Shown in pieces: positions 59,595 to 64,000 of a stretch of DNA of 64,000 nucleotides (positions are counted from its first letter, which is position 1; each line of letters begins with the position of its first letter). The notes under the pieces were generated by a model that saw nothing but the letters and a program-made list of their open reading frames with translations, had not been told where the DNA came from and ran no database searches. The stretch lies in contig OY761556.1 in NCBI GenBank assembly GCA_963664705.1, positions 5,760,001 to 5,824,000 on the forward strand, written 5' to 3'. The translations under genes and the position numbers were made by a program. The DNA comes from Acidobacteriota bacterium. Its GTDB lineage: Bacteria; Acidobacteriota; UBA6911.

Positions 59595-60140
59595 ATGCGC
59601 AAATTAGTGATAGTTCTGACTATTCTGTTTTTTGGGATAAATGTCGGCGCCCAGACAAGAAAGCAGGACTTGGGGAATATTCATGAACGCTTGATTCGGG
59701 AGGCTCGGCATCAACTCCTGCTTTTGCCAAATTACAGTGTATTCGACAATATTGAATTCAAGGTGACTGGAATTGATGCGGTAGTCCTGCTTGGCCAGGT
59801 TCCCCGTCCCATCCTGAAAAGCGATGCGGAGAGTGCGGTCCGCAGACTTGAAGGCGTGGGAAAGGTAGAAAACCAAATTGAAGTGCTGCCGCTTTCTCCG
59901 AATGACGATCGGATTCGTATGGCAGCGTTTCGGGCCGTTTTTTCGAAACCTGGGCTCGACAGGTATGCTGTTATGGCGATGCCTTCTATTCACATCATCG
60001 TTAAAAATGGCAATATCACCCTCGTCGGCGTTGTGGCGAATGAGGCGGACAAGAATATCGCCGGCATCGCCGCCAAAGGCGTAACAGGAGTCTTTGAAGT
60101 AGTCACCAACCTGCAAGTAGAAGCAAAAAAGGAGCTCTAA
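59595..60140 (+). CDS. BON-domain periplasmic protein
   Basis: Signal peptide; VFDNIEF...VENQIEVLPLSPNDDRIR, IHIIVKNGNITLVGVV. Confidence 0.88.
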   Translation: MRKLVIVLTILFFGINVGAQTRKQDLGNIHERLIREARHQLLLLPNYSVFDNIEFKVTGIDAVVLLGQVPRPILKSDAESAVRRLEGVGKVENQIEVLPLSPNDDRIRMAAFRAVFSKPGLDRYAVMAMPSIHIIVKNGNITLVGVVANEADKNIAGIAAKGVTGVFEVVTNLQVEAKKEL

Positions 60141-60373
60141 AATTAGGGCAAGAAGCCGACTGAAATAAATGGGTGCAGTCAATTGGACATGGTTATCGTT
60201 TTTCCGTATTTTGAAACGGTAGTCCGGTAAGCCCCTACTTTTTTTCCGGCCTTTTTAGCTGCAACGGTTGCGGTGTTAGAATCAACCCTTTTCCGCCGTT
60301 CTTCGGTGTGCGGAAATTGCCGGAAACCCGCTTGGATTCGTTGTAGCAGTCGACGGTTGCTTCCTCGATCCAT

Positions 60374-61300
60374 TTATTGGAGCGTCTTCGCAATGCGAAC
60401 CGTAAGATAGTTGCGGCCGCGCGTCGTCGGCACGTAACCGCGTACGCGATTGCCCGATCGCTGCATCACAGGATTGCTCATATAGGATCCCGAGCGGAAC
60501 ATGCGCGTATTACAGGAGCCTTGCTTGTTGGCCGAACCGTCGGCAGGGGAATTGGTAAGATCCGCGAGATAACAGTCTTCCACCCACTCGTAACAATTGC
60601 CGTGCATATCATATAGACCGAACGGATTCGGCGGAAATGAAGCAACGGGCGATGTTTCGTCAAGCCAGACATCGCGCCCTTCCACTTTGCCGCCCAGCCC
60701 CGGGCCGGGAATGCCGAAGTTGCCGTAATTGTGGTCTATTTTATCACCCCAAGGAAACGCTGCGGTAGTACCGCCCCGCGCGGCGTATTCCCATTCGGCT
60801 TCGGACAGCAATCTATAGGCATCGTCACTGCCGGTTTTTTTATTGAGCCATCCGGCATACGCCTTTGCATCATACCAACTTACTCCGATGACAGGCCGCG
60901 TGCCTCGTCCCCAGTCCTTGAAATTTGCGTCGGGCTTACCATCACGATCGAGCCGCAAAGCGTTCTCAACAGCTATGCCGTCACACGCGCCGTCTTGCAC
61001 GCAAGCTTCCCATTGATCCCAGGTTACCTCCGTTTTGCTCACGGCAAATTTATGCGCAATGGTGACCTTGTGTTGGACTTCATGATCGCGTCGAAATTCT
61101 TCGTCTTTGGGTGTTCCCATGATAAAGGAACCGGATGGAATCACCACCATTTCCGGGCACGAGCGACAATCGCGAAATGTCTGTCCGGCCTTCAATGATG
61201 CGCCGTTTCTCTTGCCCGATGACGCTTCGCTTTGACCCAATGCGGTGTAACCTGTAAACAAAATTGCAGCCCAGAAAGCAATGACCCTGTATTTGTTCAT
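60374..61300 (-). CDS. Formylglycine-generating enzyme (SUMF1)-family secreted protein
   Basis: FRDCRSCPEMVVIPSGSFIMG, YRLLSEAEWEYAARGG, PNPFGLYDMHGN. Confidence 0.9.
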   Translation of the reverse strand: MNKYRVIAFWAAILFTGYTALGQSEASSGKRNGASLKAGQTFRDCRSCPEMVVIPSGSFIMGTPKDEEFRRDHEVQHKVTIAHKFAVSKTEVTWDQWEACVQDGACDGIAVENALRLDRDGKPDANFKDWGRGTRPVIGVSWYDAKAYAGWLNKKTGSDDAYRLLSEAEWEYAARGGTTAAFPWGDKIDHNYGNFGIPGPGLGGKVEGRDVWLDETSPVASFPPNPFGLYDMHGNCYEWVEDCYLADLTNSPADGSANKQGSCNTRMFRSGSYMSNPVMQRSGNRVRGYVPTTRGRNYLTVRIAKTLQ

Positions 61301-61579
61301 TGTCCCACCTCTCGTGTCTGTTATTTGCCAATGTGGCGTAGGCCGATACTCGATGCCATTGCCCGCGCGAGTCATGCAAAAATATATTGCGCTATACGGA
61401 TGGCAACTATTCTAAACCCGATTCCGAAGTTGAGGAGCAGAAGTTTTTAAATGGACCGCGGGTTGATCTGTGCACGCTGACTAAAGCTGCGCGTCCCTCC
61501 GCGGTTTCGTCCGACTTTTGAAATTCCCACCTTGGAATGCAAAGCAAAAAGACATAGGACCCGCCCATTCCGATACGTA

Positions 61580-61636
61580 GGCCAAGAACTTAAAGGCTGT
61601 GAGCGTAATCGGGACCGGCGGGGTGCAGGTCTCAAA
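61580..61636 (+). repeat. Exact 57-bp copy of AOR3 internal sequence 48500-48556
   Basis: GGCCAAGAACTTAAAGGCTGTGAGCGTAATCGGGACCGGCGGGGTGCAGGTCTCAAA at both sites in the same orientation. Confidence 0.95.
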
Positions 61637-61766
61637 CATAGTTATTGTCAATTTCCATGCCACCCTTAAGAGGGGACCCTTCGGGGCCATATGTCACAAT
61701 GTGGTACGGTTGTGAAAGCAAAGTGGTATACTCCGGAAAACAACGAGTGTCTGTATAGAGGGGTCA

Positions 61767-62351
61767 ATGCCGAAGCAATCGTCACAGGACCTGACGCGTC
61801 TTTTGCTGGCCTGGAGCGAAGGAGAACAGGCGGCGCTGGAGAAACTGGCTCCAGTAGTACACCAGGAACTCCGGCGACTGGCGCATGCCTATATGCGCGG
61901 AGAGCGCAAAGATCATACGCTGCAAACCACTGCATTGATCAACGAGGCCTATCTGCGGCTACTGGACTGTAGAAAAATGGGATGGCAGAACCGGGCGCAC
62001 TTTTTTGCAATCTCCGCCCAGATGATGCGGCGCATTCTGGTTGATTATGCCCGCTCGCGGCGCTATCTGAAGCGCGGAGGGGGAGCGGAGAAGATCTCAC
62101 TGGACGAAAATCGCCTTACGGCGGACACGCGTGATCCCGATCTGATTGAACTGGACGAAGCGCTCAAAGCTCTCGGCAGGGTGGATGAGCGGAAAGGGAA
62201 GGTTGTGGAACTGCGGTACTTTGGCGGGCTGAGCGTGGAGGAGACGGCCGAGGTGCTCGGAGTTTCGCCGGACACGGTGATGCGTGACTGGAAGTTGGCC
62301 AAAGCCTGGCTGGCTCGTCAAATGAGCAACACTTCGCAGGTGAACCAATAA
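61767..62351 (+). CDS. ECF sigma factor (TIGR02999-like)
   Basis: ELRRLAHAYMRGERKDHTLQTTALINEAYLRL, WQNRAHFFA, VELRYFGGLS, RDWKLAKAWL. Confidence 0.93.
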   Translation: MPKQSSQDLTRLLLAWSEGEQAALEKLAPVVHQELRRLAHAYMRGERKDHTLQTTALINEAYLRLLDCRKMGWQNRAHFFAISAQMMRRILVDYARSRRYLKRGGGAEKISLDENRLTADTRDPDLIELDEALKALGRVDERKGKVVELRYFGGLSVEETAEVLGVSPDTVMRDWKLAKAWLARQMSNTSQVNQ

Positions 62352-64000
62352 TGGATCGCTGGAAGGAAATATCTGAGCTCTATCATGCTGCGCTGGGACG
62401 ACCGGAGCCGGAGCGTGTCGCTTTTCTGGATGGGTGTGGGAAAGATGAAGAGGTGCGGCGGGAAGTTGTTTCTCTGCTGGCCCATGAAAGCAAGGGGGAA
62501 AGCCTGCTGGAAAGGCCGCCACTGCAGGTGGCGGCTAGGATTATGGCAAAGGACGGCCTTGCTCTTCCTCAGCCGTCTGAACTCACCGGGGCTGCAATCA
62601 CACTTCCGGCGCAGGTGGTACCTGGGGGGATGCTGGGGCCGTACAAGATAGAAGAGCGGATTGGTCAGGGTGGGATGGGGGAAGTATGGAAAGCCAGCGA
62701 TACACGTTTGAGGCGCAGCGTGGCAATCAAGACATCGCAGGGGCGCTTTTCGGATCGTTTCGAACGGGAAGCGCACGCTATCGCAGCACTGAATCATCCG
62801 CACATTTGTGCTCTCTATGATGTTGGACCCAATTACCTGGTGATGGAGCTGCTGGAAGGGGACACGCTGAGAGAGCGGCTGAAGAAGGGTAAGCTGTCGG
62901 TTGAGGAGACGCTGAAATACGGTTTGCAGATTGCGGAGGCGCTGGCGGAGGCGCATGAGAAGGGAGTGATCCACAGAGACCTGAAGCCTGGGAATGTGGT
63001 GCTGACGAAGAATGGGGCAAAGGTTTTGGATTTTGGTCTTGCGAAATCGACTTCGGATGAGTCGCTGACCACATCCAACATTGTGATGGGGACGCCGGCC
63101 TATATGTCGCCGGAGCAGCGCGATGGCAGGGCATGCAGCGAGCGCACGGATCTGTTTGCGCTTGGGTTACTGCTTTATGAGATGGCCACGGGCAGGCAAA
63201 TAGCGCCGGGAGTGCTGTTGAAGAAGGAACGACTGCCGGACAGGCTGATGCGGGTAATCGAGCGGTGCCTGGCAACCGAGCCGGATGAGCGATGGCAATC
63301 GGCAAAGGAGGTGGCCGATGAGCTTGCCAAGGCAAGAGAGGATGCCATCCGCTTTAAGTCGGGCTCAAAACCGCGGTTTGGAATTTCAGGAGGCTATGCG
63401 GTGGGAAGCGCGGCTGTATTGCTGATGCTCATCGCAGGAGGGGTGTTCTGGTGGAAATGGGCGCAGCCGAGTCCGCTTACCGATCAGGACGTGCTGGTGA
63501 TGGCCGATTTCACGAACAACACGGGAGACGCAGCGTTCGATGGAGCGCTGCACCAGGCTCTGGCATTCGAGCTGGAACAATCGCCGTTTCTGAAGATCAT
63601 GGACGACCAGCAAGTGAACCAGACGATCCAGCTGATGGGCCGTCCCGCCGGTCAGCGGATCACCAACGATATCGCGCATGAGGTGTGTGTGCGGGAGGGG
63701 GAGAAAGCCACAATCGGAGGGTCGATCACCGTCCTGGGCAAGAGCTATCAGATTGCGCTGCAGGCGACTAATTGTCAGACGGGTGCGACCCTGGCCCGAG
63801 AACAGGCGGAAGCGGAAGACAAGGATCACGTACTCAAAGCAGTGGCGCTGGCGGCCAGGGGGATGCGAGCGAAGCTTGGGGAATCTCTACCCTCCATTCA
63901 GAAGACCGAGCGTCCCTGGTACGATAGTAATAATCATGATAGCGGAGTCACTACAAATTCCCTGGAAGCGCTCAAAGAATTTCATTTCGGAATGGATTTG
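62351..64000 (+). CDS. Ser/Thr protein kinase with TM and TolB-like region (3' partial)
   Basis: Coupled TAATG start; MDRWKEISELYHAAL, IGQGGMGEVW, HRDLKPGN, DFG, GTPAYMSPEQ, ADFTNNTGDAAFDG; no stop before the window end, so it is absent from the ORF track. Confidence 0.9.
   Translation, partial: MDRWKEISELYHAALGRPEPERVAFLDGCGKDEEVRREVVSLLAHESKGESLLERPPLQVAARIMAKDGLALPQPSELTGAAITLPAQVVPGGMLGPYKIEERIGQGGMGEVWKASDTRLRRSVAIKTSQGRFSDRFEREAHAIAALNHPHICALYDVGPNYLVMELLEGDTLRERLKKGKLSVEETLKYGLQIAEALAEAHEKGVIHRDLKPGNVVLTKNGAKVLDFGLAKSTSDESLTTSNIVMGTPAYMSPEQRDGRACSERTDLFALGLLLYEMATGRQIAPGVLLKKERLPDRLMRVIERCLATEPDERWQSAKEVADELAKAREDAIRFKSGSKPRFGISGGYAVGSAAVLLMLIAGGVFWWKWAQPSPLTDQDVLVMADFTNNTGDAAFDGALHQALAFELEQSPFLKIMDDQQVNQTIQLMGRPAGQRITNDIAHEVCVREGEKATIGGSITVLGKSYQIALQATNCQTGATLAREQAEAEDKDHVLKAVALAARGMRAKLGESLPSIQKTERPWYDSNNHDSGVTTNSLEALKEFHFGMDL

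Noticed and set aside
48500-61636. 57-bp repeat as a DGR template/variable pair or a CRISPR spacer
   Set aside because: No reverse transcriptase, no adenine-specific mismatches and no flanking repeats

Overview
An accessory, mosaic 64-kb region, most consistent with an anaerobic Acidobacteriota genome (inferred from wHTH-TolB-TPR regulators, ECF/Ser-Thr kinase pairs, a BON protein and a TonB-receptor remnant). I saw no rRNA, tRNA or CRISPR array. The main content is anaerobic catabolism: a MarR-linked glycyl radical enzyme with no activase in the window, three YdhV/AOR-family oxidoreductases (two paired with Tat-signal 4Fe-4S subunits), and many secreted esterases and hydrolases. It also holds repeated wHTH-TPR regulator/hydrolase modules, a patatin-Omp85 protein, an Hsp20-Hsp20-DnaJ cluster and several gene remnants. 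The best candidate for an undescribed system is 40672-45128: a NodD-like LysR regulator divergent from a PhlG/phloretin-hydrolase gene, a ferredoxin and an AprA/SdhA-like flavoprotein fused to a second PhlG domain, suggesting a reduce-then-cleave pathway for flavonoids or acylphloroglucinols. Also notable: atypical cofactor-ligand motifs in the AORs, a kinase with a probably inactive DUF4185 sensor domain, two candidate operators read from the DNA, and an exact 57-bp copy of an AOR gene segment 13 kb away. All family calls are from motif recognition by eye, without database searches.
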